Source of the DNA: an uncultured Spirochaetota bacterium
Lineage (GTDB): Bacteria; Spirochaetota; Spirochaetia; SZUA-6; CAVTHK01
DNA length: 64,000 nt
Direction: 5' to 3'
Assembly: GCA_963734495.1 (NCBI GenBank)
Contig: CAVTHK010000009.1
Coordinates: 267,308-331,307 of the forward strand
Shown one piece after another: positions 53,925 to 63,348 of the stretch (position 1 is the stretch's first letter; every line of letters begins with the position of its first letter). The position numbers were made by a program, and so were the translations under genes. The notes beneath the pieces were generated by a model. The model was not told the DNA's origin, searched no databases, and saw nothing but the letters and a program-made list of their open reading frames with translations.

Positions 53925-55046
53925 CTACCAGTCCTCGACGCCTTCGTCGATCGGCCCGCGCGTCGCGAGCGACTCGATGCGGTCCCAGTCGGGCACGAGC
54001 CCGAGGCCCGGCCGCGAGTCGTCGAGGAGCACGCAGCCGTCCTCGATCTTCGGATGACCCGGGAAGAGCTCGTCGAAGGACCTCTGCGGGATGTACTCCT
54101 GCTTGTAGAGGTTCGCGAGCGTGGCGCCGACCTGGACCGAGGCCATCGTGGCGATCGGGCCGCTCGAGTTGTGCGGCGCCACGCGCACGTAGAAGGCCTC
54201 GGCCATGGCGGAGAGCTTCTTGGCCTCCATCAGGCCGGCGCAGTGCGTAAAGTCCGGCTGCGCTATGGAGAGCAGGCCCGCCTCGAAGACCCTGCGGAAC
54301 CCGTAGCGCGTAAAGAGGCGCTCTCCGCCGGCCAGCGGCACGTTCGCCCTGCGGGAGAGCTTCTTCCAGCCGTTCCAGTCGTCGGGCGGCACCGGCTCCT
54401 CGACGAAGCCCGGCCTGTACGGCTCGCACGCCCGCAGGAACTCCAGGGCCTGGTCGTAGTGGAAGCGGGCATGGCACTCGACGAGAAGCTCCACGTCCGG
54501 GCCCGCGGTCTCGCGGGCGCGGGCGAGCGCGTCCACGGCGGCGGCGACGCCGCCCTCGGGCACCTCGTTGCGCAGAGGACCTCCGCCCGCGCTCCACGGG
54601 ATCGGGTCGGTCTTGAAGGCGCGGTACCCGGCCGCGACGTTCTGCGGGATCTTCGACCAGCCGTGAATGTAGAGGGGGACACGGTCGCGGAGACGTCCGC
54701 CGAGAAGGTTGTAGACCGGGACGTCCAGGAGCTTGCCCGCGGCGTCGTACATCGCCGTCTCGACCGCGGCGAGCGCGCTGTTCATGATCACGCCGTTGCG
54801 CCACCGGTCGTGGGTGAAGTAGCGGTGGAAGAGCTCCTCGACATTGAACACCGAGAGGCCGCGCACGCGGGCCTCGAGCAGTCGCAGGGCCTCGACGATG
54901 GCGGGGGTCTTGACCCGCAGCGTCGCCTCGCCCAGGCCGAAGATGTCGCGGTCCTCGGTGTCCAGTCGCACGAAGAGGAAATGCCGGGTTTCTCCCGGCG
55001 GGACGACCGGGTAGATCCGGAGCCCCGTGATCGCCAGGTGCTTCAA
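53925..55046 (-). CDS. Enolase-superfamily enzyme (mandelate racemase/muconate lactonizing family, acid-sugar dehydratase-like)
   Basis: TTG 55046 gives LKHLAITGLRIYPV.., followed by ..GLGEATL..AAVETAMYDAAGKLLDVPVYNLLGG..LLVECHARF..FVEEPVPPDD..LAGGERL..AQPDFTHCAGL..VAPHN... Confidence 0.85.
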   Translation of the reverse strand: MKHLAITGLRIYPVVPPGETRHFLFVRLDTEDRDIFGLGEATLRVKTPAIVEALRLLEARVRGLSVFNVEELFHRYFTHDRWRNGVIMNSALAAVETAMYDAAGKLLDVPVYNLLGGRLRDRVPLYIHGWSKIPQNVAAGYRAFKTDPIPWSAGGGPLRNEVPEGGVAAAVDALARARETAGPDVELLVECHARFHYDQALEFLRACEPYRPGFVEEPVPPDDWNGWKKLSRRANVPLAGGERLFTRYGFRRVFEAGLLSIAQPDFTHCAGLMEAKKLSAMAEAFYVRVAPHNSSGPIATMASVQVGATLANLYKQEYIPQRSFDELFPGHPKIEDGCVLLDDSRPGLGLVPDWDRIESLATRGPIDEGVEDW

Positions 55047-55053
55047 GCGAGCT

Positions 55054-55428
55054 CTACAGCGGCTTTTCCCGCTCGACCAGGTGGCCGAGGTTGCCCTCGG
55101 GGTCGACAAAGCGAAGGAGCTTCGACCCGGGGTTGCTCGCGATCTCGCCTTCGAACTTCACGCCCTTGGCGGCCAGGCGCGTTCGCTCGCCCTCGATGTC
55201 CTGCACGAGGATCGCGAGGTGGCGCCACCCGGGGGTGTTGTTGTCGAAGGGCCCGACCTCGCTCTTCGCCTTGTAGACCTCGATGGTGACGCCGTTCTGG
55301 CTCTGGATAAAGGTCGCGCCGCTCGCCGTCGTGAGCACGACCTTCATCCCGAAGGTGTCGCAGTACCAGCGCGAAAGCTTCGGCACGTCCCTCGCGACCA
55401 GGCCGAAGTGCTCGATTCCTTTGATCAT
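55054..55428 (-). CDS. VOC (glyoxalase/bleomycin-resistance/dioxygenase) family protein
   Basis: Intact 124 aa: MIKGIEHFGLVARDVPKLSRWY..WRHLAILVQDIEGE..RFVDPEGNLGHLVE. Confidence 0.85.
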   Translation of the reverse strand: MIKGIEHFGLVARDVPKLSRWYCDTFGMKVVLTTASGATFIQSQNGVTIEVYKAKSEVGPFDNNTPGWRHLAILVQDIEGERTRLAAKGVKFEGEIASNPGSKLLRFVDPEGNLGHLVEREKPL

Positions 55429-55488
55429 CCAGTCCTCCTGTTCTGCTTTGGCGGGAGCATGCTACGGACGCGGCGCCCGTCCGTCAAC

Positions 55489-56112
55489 TCAGTGGAACTG
55501 CAGCATCGCGAGGAGGGTCAGCAGCTCGCCGTCGTAGCGGGTCCAGCGGCTGTTGAGCGCGGAGGGCACCCAGATCGCCCTGACCAGGAACCCGACGTGC
55601 TCCGTGATCCGGACGCCGGCGCCCCCGAACATGCCGGTGCCGAGCGCGAAGAGGGAGTCCGCCACGCTCTGGTTGCTCGAGAGCCCGCCGCCCGCCTCGA
55701 AGAACAGCGACGGGGCCTGCTCCGAGGTGTAGAAGGCGAGCCCCGGCCCCACCATGATGTGGCTGTCGAGGAGGAACGCCGCCGGGATCAGCCACGAGAG
55801 GAAGAAGGCTTTGAGAAGAAGGTTCTCGTCGTCCTGGAAGACCCATCGGGTGTAATCGACTCCCGTGTCGACGCCGTCGATGACGATGCCGCTGTACAGG
55901 AAGATCGCGCCGTGCTCCCCCAGCCGCATCCCCACGCGCGAATCGAAGCCGAACGAAGCGCGCGGCAGGCCGAGCCCGCCGTCGGGGTCGCCCCTGTACG
56001 TGCGGCCCAGGCCGATTCCGAGCTGCGCGAGCCCGCGCACCTGCGGCTCCTCGGACCAGGCCGGCGACAGCGCCGCGGCCGCGACGACCAGAGTGACGAG
56101 CAGGAAACGCAT
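55489..56112 (-). CDS. Hypothetical secreted protein, beta-rich (possible small outer-membrane barrel)
   Basis: ATG 56112 encodes the signal peptide MRFLLVTLVVAAAALSPAWS. The sequence has Gly/aromatic-rich alternating segments and the C-terminus ..LLAMLQFH. No family recognised. Confidence 0.6.
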   Translation of the reverse strand: MRFLLVTLVVAAAALSPAWSEEPQVRGLAQLGIGLGRTYRGDPDGGLGLPRASFGFDSRVGMRLGEHGAIFLYSGIVIDGVDTGVDYTRWVFQDDENLLLKAFFLSWLIPAAFLLDSHIMVGPGLAFYTSEQAPSLFFEAGGGLSSNQSVADSLFALGTGMFGGAGVRITEHVGFLVRAIWVPSALNSRWTRYDGELLTLLAMLQFH

Positions 56113-56129
56113 CGAGAGACCCCCTTTTC

Positions 56130-56561
56130 TTACACGTCCAGGACCACGACCGCGCGCCACCCCGAGGCGGTCTGCGCCGCCGAGAGCCTGTGCAGCGTGA
56201 TCGCCTTGACGTCCACGCCGAGCGCGCGCCGGCCGGGCTCGATCCGCTCGCCCGCGACCAGCGCCTCCACGGACCAGCCCGCGCCGCCGCGCGCGACCTC
56301 GACGCGCTCGGCGCGCAGCAGCAGGCGCTCCGCGTCCTTGTAGTACACGAGGCGGCCGAGAAAGTCGAACAGCAGGAGGTCGAGCGCGCTCTCCGAGAGC
56401 GAGACCCGGCGCTCGACCTCGCGGTCGAGCGACGCCGGCTCGTCGACCATGACGGCGAGCGTCGCGGCCCACGCCTCGGCGAGCAGCTCGCCGGGCGAGG
56501 CCGCCTCCGCTTCGAACGCCACGTCCGCGAGGGCGATGTCGTCGAGATAGCGGAACGGCAC
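56130..56561 (-). CDS. Archease (RtcB activator/chaperone)
   Basis: GTG 56561 gives VPFRYLDDIALADVAFEAEA.., ending ..GVDVKAITLHRLSAAQTASGWRAVVVLDV*. It lies directly after rtcB with a 5-nt gap. Confidence 0.85.
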   Translation of the reverse strand: MPFRYLDDIALADVAFEAEAASPGELLAEAWAATLAVMVDEPASLDREVERRVSLSESALDLLLFDFLGRLVYYKDAERLLLRAERVEVARGGAGWSVEALVAGERIEPGRRALGVDVKAITLHRLSAAQTASGWRAVVVLDV

Positions 56562-56566
56562 TGACC

Positions 56567-58022
56567 CTATCCCTTGATGTTGCCCACGGGCTCGAGCCGG
56601 GCGACGCGCCGGCTGAGGCCTGCGAGCTCCGTGGCGAGGGCGACCTCGTCGATGCTCTTGTAGGCGGCGCCTGCTTCCTCCGCCAGCCCCGAGTCGGAGG
56701 CGCAGCGCACGTAGATCCCGCGCGCCTCCATGGCGGCCCGCAGCTCCCTTCCTTTGAACTGTTTCTTCGCCTGTCGTCGCCCCATCGTGCGGCCGCTGCC
56801 GTGCGCCGTCGTGAAGAACGTCGCCGCGGCGCTCGCGAGTCCCGCGAGCAGGTAGGAGCCCGTCTCCATGCTGCCGCCGATGATCACGGGCTGCCCCGTC
56901 TCGCGGTAAGCGGCGGGAAGGCCGGCCATGCCGGGGCCGAAGGCGCGCGTGGCGCCCTTGCGGTGCACGAGGAGCTCGCGCTCGCGGCCGCGCGGGCCGT
57001 GGCGCTCGAGCTTGGCCGTGTTGTGCGTCACGTCGTAGACCTGGCTGAGCCCCAGGTCGTCCGGGCTCCGGTGGAAGAGCTCGGAGAAGACCTCGCGGAT
57101 CCTGTGCAGGATGACCTGGCGGTTGGCAAAGGCGAGGTTCACGGCGCACTTCATCGCGGCAAAGTAGTCCTGGCCCTCCTCGCGAGCGGAAGGGAGCGCA
57201 GGCGAGGTCGCGGTCGGGCGCGTCGATGCCGTACTTCGGCCCCATCACCTTGAGGAACCTCTTGAGGTAGTCGGTGGCGACCTGGTGGCCGAAGCCGCGG
57301 CTTCCGCAGTGCAGCATCAGCACCACCTGGTCCGGGAGGTCGATGCCCATGGCCGCGGCGAGCTCGGGGTCCATCACGTTCCCGCGGCGGGCCACCTGGA
57401 TCTCGAGGTAGTGGTTGCCGCTTCCGAGCGTGCCCACCTGGTCGTGGCCCCGCTCGATGGCGTCGGCGCTGACGGTGGAGGCGTCGGCCCCTTCCATGCA
57501 GCCGCCTTCCTCGGTGTGCTCCAGGTCTTCGGGGACTGCGTAGCCGCGCTTGAGGCACCAGCGCGCGCCCTGCTCCACGAGCTCGGCGAACTCGCTCGCC
57601 GAAGGCCGGATCAGCCCCGCCCGGCCCACGCCCGCGGGGATGCGCTCGAAGAGCCGGTCGACCAGATCCCTGAGCTTCTCTCTGACCTCCGGCCACGTGA
57701 GCGAAGTGCGGACCAGGCGCATGCCGCAGTTGATGTCGAAGCCGATGCCGCCGGGCGAGATCACGCCCGAGCGCGGGTCGAAGGCCGCGGCGCCCCCGAT
57801 CGGGAAGCCGTAGCCCCAGTGGCCGTCGGGCATGCAGAAGGCGTAGTCGACGATGCCCGGGAGCGTGGCCACGTTGGTGACCTGCTCGAGGACGCCCTCG
57901 TCCATCGAAGCCATGAGCGCTTCGGTGGCGTAGATGCGGGCGGGGACCTTCATCCCCGGCTTGTACGAAGGCGCGATCTCCCAGATTGTGTCCGACACGC
58001 GCGTGACGTGCTTCGGGATCAT
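56567..58022 (-). CDS. rtcB: RNA 3'-phosphate/2',3'-cyclic phosphate ligase RtcB, one frame disruption
   Basis: ATG 58022. Motifs CMPDGHWGYGFPIGG, GSGNHYLEIQ, HCGSRGFGHQ and TAHGSGRTMGR are present. The N-terminal ~280 aa are in ORF 56130..58070 and the C-terminal 195 aa in ORF 56567..57154. Removing one C near 57183 joins ..APFRS|EEGQDYFAAMKCAVN... Confidence 0.9.
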
Positions 58023-58044
58023 CGCTTGCGCCTCTGCTTCCAAC

Positions 58045-58524
58045 TTAGCCCCGGACGCCGGCGCCGGCAAGGCGTTCGCGCCGGGCGCTGCTGCACGCCG
58101 CAGTCAGAGTACCGGCGTCCAAGCCGCCGGCCCTACGAAATCCATGTTGTCGGGCGGGAAAGGTGAAGGAGTCGGGACCCCTGCCGTCGTCGCCGCTGTC
58201 CGGCATGGCGGCCGCGCCGCCTCCGCTGTTGCCGTCCAGGTCGACAAAGATGTATCCGTCGTAGGTGCCCTCCGCGATGCCGGTGATTGCGTACGTTGCG
58301 GTGTGGGTCGTGGCGTCGAATGCCGTGGACTTGGCCCAATAGATCGCGGGCGCAGCGTCGCCCCCTCCCGGCGTCACCAGCTTGATGTAGGCGTAGATGC
58401 CGGCGACCGTGATGTTGTTGTCGGTGAGCGACCCGTCCATTCTGTAGCTCCCGTCTCCGCCCGAAGAGCAGCCGCCCAGCGCAAGAGCCGCGGCGAGACA
58501 AACCGCGGACAGCACCTTTTTCAT
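58045..58524 (-). CDS. Hypothetical lipoprotein
   Basis: ATG 58524 encodes a lipobox (MKKVLSAVCLAAALALGGCSSGG). The 3' end is uncertain: an alternative frame from ~58170 gives ..PPDNMDFVGPAAWTPVL* ending at 58104. Confidence 0.6.
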   Translation of the reverse strand: MKKVLSAVCLAAALALGGCSSGGDGSYRMDGSLTDNNITVAGIYAYIKLVTPGGGDAAPAIYWAKSTAFDATTHTATYAITGIAEGTYDGYIFVDLDGNSGGGAAAMPDSGDDGRGPDSFTFPARQHGFRRAGGLDAGTLTAACSSARRERLAGAGVRG

Positions 58525-58625
58525 CGATCGACCTCCAGCGCGGATCGCACCGCAGCCGGGCGTTGCCGCCCACCATAGAGTGTAGCGCGTTTCGAGCGCC
58601 GCTGCGCCGCCCGCCGGGGGCGCGC

Positions 58626-59585
58626 CTACTTCCCGCGCCGCCAGTCCTCCACGATCGCGGTCAGGCGCCTGGTGAGATTGTTGGAGAGCTTCGGCAGCGG
58701 ACAGACCCTGACGCAGTCGCCGCGGATCGGGGGATTCTGGATCCTGTCCTGTCGCTGGGAGCACACCACGGGGTCTGTCTTTACGGGCGTGTCGATGAAG
58801 ATCACGTTCCTGTCGATCTTGTCCACGGTCCGGTAATCCTTCTTTTCCCGGTTGTCCCTGAATGAGATCGCGTCCATGTGGCAGGCCCTCATGCAGAGCA
58901 TGCACTTGTCCCGCAGGCATATCGGCTCGGTGATGAGCGGGTCGGGGACCAGCTCGGCGTCGGTGACCACCGTGTTCAAGCGCTGCCTGGCACCGAACTG
59001 GCGCGTGAGCACGAGGTTGTTGTAGCCGAACTCGCCGAGCCCCGCCCTGGTGGCCGCGTGTCGGTGGGACAGGGGACCGGAATGGTACCGGAAGGGCGAG
59101 TACTTCTCGGCCCATTCCTTGCTCGGGCCCGCCATCATCTGCCGCTCGGTCAAGCCGTTGTCGGGCTTTGCATGCACTCCCTCGGTCGGGAAGATCATGG
59201 CGTCGTACCCGTTCGCCATGAGGAACTGTCCCAGATACTGCCCGATGAGCAGCAGGGAAACGTCGAGATTGAAGTGCGCCACCTTGCCATAGAAGGCTTC
59301 GAGGTACCCGGTACGCGCATCGGGCGGGATCATCTCGAGGTCCATCTCCGCCAGGTTCGCCGGCGCATCCACCGTCGGATTCAGAAGCGGCTGCGCAATC
59401 GAGATGACGGACTTCGCGGTCGGCAGGAAATCCCTCGGGTGCTGACCGCGCGGGACCTTGTCCTGGTAGGGCGGCATCGGCTCGTATCTGTCGATGGAGG
59501 CGACTCCCACGAGCACCGCTCCCCAGCGAACCGCTGTCTCTTTGACCTCGCGGGTCAATTTCTCCATGTCCTGCCGACTGCTCAT
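58626..59585 (-). CDS. QueG/reductive-dehalogenase-like iron-sulfur protein (two 4Fe-4S-type Cys clusters)
   Basis: ATG 59585 gives 319 aa, taken from the C-terminal part of ORF 58626..61292. The sequence carries ..SHRHAATRAGLGEFGYNNLVLTRQFGARQRL.., CLRDKCMLCMRAC and C..(15)..CVRVCP. Confidence 0.7.
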   Translation of the reverse strand: MSSRQDMEKLTREVKETAVRWGAVLVGVASIDRYEPMPPYQDKVPRGQHPRDFLPTAKSVISIAQPLLNPTVDAPANLAEMDLEMIPPDARTGYLEAFYGKVAHFNLDVSLLLIGQYLGQFLMANGYDAMIFPTEGVHAKPDNGLTERQMMAGPSKEWAEKYSPFRYHSGPLSHRHAATRAGLGEFGYNNLVLTRQFGARQRLNTVVTDAELVPDPLITEPICLRDKCMLCMRACHMDAISFRDNREKKDYRTVDKIDRNVIFIDTPVKTDPVVCSQRQDRIQNPPIRGDCVRVCPLPKLSNNLTRRLTAIVEDWRRGK

Positions 59586-59710
59586 TGTCCGTGCCTCTTC
59601 AATGCTCCGGGCGCTCTCGGGGAGCCCGATCGCGCCCGGCGGTTCATCACCGCAGACAGCGGTGCCGTGATGGTGCCGGCTCTCGCGAGCCGGCGCCTCG
59701 ATTCGCCTGC

Positions 59711-61292
59711 CTATCGCTTCTTGTAGTTGTCGACGACTTTCTGCCAGATCGCCTCGCTCTCGCCGATGCCCATCTTCCTGAGCTGGGCAACGTAGTTGTC
59801 GAACTCGGTGAGCGGCGTTGTGCCCATGATGAACTTGTTGAACATCTCGTCGGTGTAGGTCCAGATGTCCGCCATCCTGGCTCCGAGCGCCTCGGCGTCC
59901 TTGGGACTCGGCTGCGCCGGGGGCATGTCGAGCGACGGGTCGGAGGACGCTATGAAGGTCTCGGTCGTCTTCTGCTGGATCGCGTTGTGGCCCGCGCGGA
60001 ACGACCCCTCGAGCTGGATCAGAACGCCGTTGGAGGAAACCGTCAGGTACTTGCTGAGGGCGTTGATGACCGGCAGCCCATCGGGGTTCTTCATGATCTC
60101 GTCGGTGTACTGCGGAACGCCGTTGACCATCTTGTACGTGACGCCTTCGACGCCGTAGTTGGCCAGGATGGTGCCGGCCTCGGTGTACAGGTAGTCGCCC
60201 CACTTCATCGCCGCTTCCTTGTTGCTGGCCTTGGAGGCCACGGCGATTCCCTGTCCGGTGGCGTTCGGATTCTTCGGGCCGTAGGACTTGCCCGCGGGAC
60301 CGACCGGCAGCGGGAAGCCCGATCAGCTTGAAGGTCGGATCGTCCTTCTTCAGGCCGTAGAACTTGCCCATGTGCCCGCTCACCAGGCCGCAATAGGCCG
60401 CGACGCGGTCGCCCATGAACTTGGCCTCGAAGGCCTTCTGGTCGTTGGACACGAAGTCGGGATCCAGCAGCCCCTCGGCATACCACCGGTTCATCTCCGT
60501 GAGGTAGTCCTTGAAAGCCGGCTGGGCGGGACCGAACTTGACCTTGCCCCCGTCCAGGTAGAAGTCCACCGGCGTCGCCCAGGCGTAGGCGAACTTGCGG
60601 ATGTTGGCGTAGCTGATCTTGAGGCTCGTCCCGTAGCCGCTGAAGGGGATGACGTTCTTCGCGATCCCGTTGGTGCCGGCAGCCTTCTTGACCGCGGTGA
60701 GCACCGAGTACCACTCCTTCATGGTCGTGGGCGGCTTTACGCCGATGCGCTCCAGCCAGTCCGCGCGGATCTGGGGCCCGTTGCTGATCAGCGTATAGTC
60801 GTCCTTCTTGATCTTGGGGAACATGTAGTAGGAGCCGTCGTCGAGCACGATCTGCTTGCGCCAGTCGGGGCGCTCGGCAAAGGTCTTCTTGAAGTTCGGG
60901 GCGTACTTGTCGACGAGGTCGTTGAGCCTGAGGATCTGTCCTTCGGCCACCGCGCGGCCCGGGCCGCCCGGCACGCTGTTCCACTCCCAGTAGACCATGT
61001 CGGGAAGCGTGTTGGATGCCATCATGAGGTTGAACTGCTCGTTCTCCTGGCCGGCAGGCGGATGCTTGAAGTCGAGCTTGATGCCGGTGCGCTTCTCCAT
61101 CTCCTTGAAGTACAGCAGCTCGTTGTAGCTCTTCACGGTCGATGCCGTCTTCGGGTCGATCGGATAGAACATGGTGAGCGTGACCGGACCCGAAGGCTTT
61201 GCAGCCGCCGTATCGCCCTGCCCGGCGGCAAAGGCGAGCGCCGGTGCGACGATCAGCATCACCACCGGCCAGAACCAGCGTTTCGTCTTCAT
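59711..61292 (-). CDS. Family-1 extracellular solute-binding protein (LplA-like), one frame disruption
   Basis: ATG 61292 encodes the signal peptide MKTKRWFWPVVMLIVAPALAFA. The N-terminal ~325 aa are in ORF 58626..61292 and the C-terminal 176 aa in ORF 59711..60241. They join at the CCC run (plus-strand GGG) near 60313 (..FKLIGLP|LPVGPAGKSYGPKNPNATGQGIAVASKAS..). Confidence 0.88.
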
Positions 61293-61374
61293 ACGAACCT
61301 CCTGTTCGACGATTGTTTGCTCTCTTCTCGATGGAAGAGTGACAACCCCCTTGACGCGCGGCGCCGCCGGCTCG

Positions 61375-62268
61375 CTACCCCTTGATCGCGCCGATCATGA
61401 CGCCCTTTACGAAATACTTCTGCAGCAGCGGGTAGATGAGGAGGATCGGCAGCGTTGCCACGATGATCGTCGCGTACTTGATCGTCTCGCCGATCTGCGC
61501 CGCGTCCTCCGAGTCGTTGATCCCCCCCGTCATGGAATTGGTGGAGTTCGCGATGAGGATCTCCCTGAGGATGATCTGCAGGGGATAGAGATTGCGCTCG
61601 CGAAGGAATATCATGGCGTGAAACCACGCGTTCCAGCGCTGCACTCCATAGAACAGCACCATGACCGCCACGACCGGCGTCGCGAGCGGCAGGATGATCC
61701 GCAGGAGCACCACCCAGTCGTTCGCCCCGTCGACGTAGGCAGATTCCTCCATGCTGTCGGGGATCCCGAGAAAGTAGGTCCTCATGATGATCAGGTTCCA
61801 CGCGCTGATCGCAGAGGGAAGGATCATGGACCACACCGTGTCCAGCAGTCCCAGGTCGCGAACCTGCAGGTAGAAGGGTATCAATCCTCCCTTGAACATC
61901 ATCGTGAACACGATCCCGAACATGACGACATGGCGCAGCTTGAACTTCGTCCGCGACAGCACATAGGCCCCGAGGGTGGTGAGCGCCAGGTTGATGCTCG
62001 TTCCGACCACCAGGAGGAACAGCGTGTTGAGATATCCGACGGAGATCATCGGGTTCTCGAACACGCGCTTGTATGACTCGAGCTTGAACCCCAGCGGATG
62101 CAGCAGGAGTCCCCGGTGCGCGACAATCCGCGCGGGCTCGCTCACCGACGCAAAGGCCACGTAGAGCAGGGGGTAGGTGCACAGGAACATCGACAGGAGC
62201 ATCAAAGCCGTGTTGACGGCGTCGAAGACCCGCTCGCCCAGGCTGCGACCGATCGCCATGGCCTGCAA
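61375..62268 (-). CDS. CUT1-family sugar ABC transporter permease (LplC-type)
   Basis: Intact 297 aa with ESAYVDGANDWVVLLRIILP and C-terminal FVKGVMIGAIKG. Confidence 0.92.
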   Translation of the reverse strand: MQAMAIGRSLGERVFDAVNTALMLLSMFLCTYPLLYVAFASVSEPARIVAHRGLLLHPLGFKLESYKRVFENPMISVGYLNTLFLLVVGTSINLALTTLGAYVLSRTKFKLRHVVMFGIVFTMMFKGGLIPFYLQVRDLGLLDTVWSMILPSAISAWNLIIMRTYFLGIPDSMEESAYVDGANDWVVLLRIILPLATPVVAVMVLFYGVQRWNAWFHAMIFLRERNLYPLQIILREILIANSTNSMTGGINDSEDAAQIGETIKYATIIVATLPILLIYPLLQKYFVKGVMIGAIKG

Positions 62269-62271
62269 GCC

Positions 62272-63255
62272 CTACCACAGCGCCATGTCGGAGACCTTCC
62301 GACTGATGCGGTTGACGGTGACCAGCATGGCGAAGTTGATGACAGAGTTGAACAGCTCCACCGCCGTGCTGTAGCTGTAGCTCATCTCGAGGAGACCCTT
62401 TCGGAAGACGAACGTGGAGATGACGTCGGCCGTGTCGTAGATGCTCGGATTGTACAGCAGCAGCACCTTTTCGACGCCGACGTCCATCATCCGGCCGAGC
62501 CGCAGGATGAGCATGATGATGATGGTCGGCGCGATCCCGGGCAGCGTGACGCTCAGCATCTGGCGCCACCTGCCGGCTCCGTCGACCTTTGCCGCCTCGT
62601 ACAGCTCGAGGTTGATGGCGGAGAGCGCGGCAAGGTACACGATGGAGGCCCAGCCCGCGGTCTGCCATATGCCCGAGGCGATGAACACCGTCCGGAACCA
62701 TCCGGGGATGATCATGAACGGGATCGCCCCGACCCCGAGAAAGCCGAGCACCTGGTTGATCACTCCGTCGCGGTCGAGGAAGTCCAGGATGATCCCGCAG
62801 ACGACGACCATGGAGATGAAGTGCGGAAGGTAGGTCGTCGTCTGGACCGATCTCTTGAAGAGCGAATTGCGGACCTCGTTCAGCAGCAGTGCCAGTATGA
62901 TCGGCGCGGGGAAACCGAACAGGACGTCCAGAACGTTCAGCGCGATCGTGTTCCAGATGACCCGGGCCGCATAGTAGCTGTTGAAAAAGGCGACGTAATG
63001 CTTGAGCCCGACCCACCGGCTGCCGAGTATCCCTCTCGCCGGGCTGAAGTCCTTGAAAGCGATCTGGGCGCCGTACATCGGCTGGTAGTGGAACAGGACA
63101 TAGAACAGAACGACGGGCAGAAGCATCACGTACAGATGCTTGTTCCTGGCGTACTCGTTGCGAAGGACGACAGCGAGGCTTCGTCCGGGCGTCCTGCGGG
63201 AGCATGGGCGATTGTAGCGCTCGACACCCGCTCGTCGCAATACGTCAAACCTCAC
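62272..63255 (-). CDS. CUT1-family sugar ABC transporter permease (LplB-type), start uncertain
   Basis: Motifs FHYQPMYGAQIAFKDF and EAAKVDGAGRWRQMLSVTLP are present. The ORF opens at GTG 63255. An alternative ATG at 63205 with its own promoter-like signals lies in another frame and would need a 1-nt correction near 63175. Confidence 0.85.
   Translation of the reverse strand: MRFDVLRRAGVERYNRPCSRRTPGRSLAVVLRNEYARNKHLYVMLLPVVLFYVLFHYQPMYGAQIAFKDFSPARGILGSRWVGLKHYVAFFNSYYAARVIWNTIALNVLDVLFGFPAPIILALLLNEVRNSLFKRSVQTTTYLPHFISMVVVCGIILDFLDRDGVINQVLGFLGVGAIPFMIIPGWFRTVFIASGIWQTAGWASIVYLAALSAINLELYEAAKVDGAGRWRQMLSVTLPGIAPTIIIMLILRLGRMMDVGVEKVLLLYNPSIYDTADVISTFVFRKGLLEMSYSYSTAVELFNSVINFAMLVTVNRISRKVSDMALW
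63203..63240 (-). promoter_or_regulatory. Sigma70-like promoter placed for a leaderless start at ATG 63205
   Basis: The minus strand reads TTGCGA (63240-63235), an 18-nt spacer, TACAAT (63216-63211), then 5 nt (cgccc) before ATG (63205-63203). Confidence 0.35.
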
Positions 63256-63348
63256 CGGAAGGGTCGGAGCCCGTCGCCCACCGTTGCCGTTCGGCCCGCG
63301 CGCGGCTATCCTTGGCGCGGAGGCTCACCTGGCTCACCTGGCGCGAAC

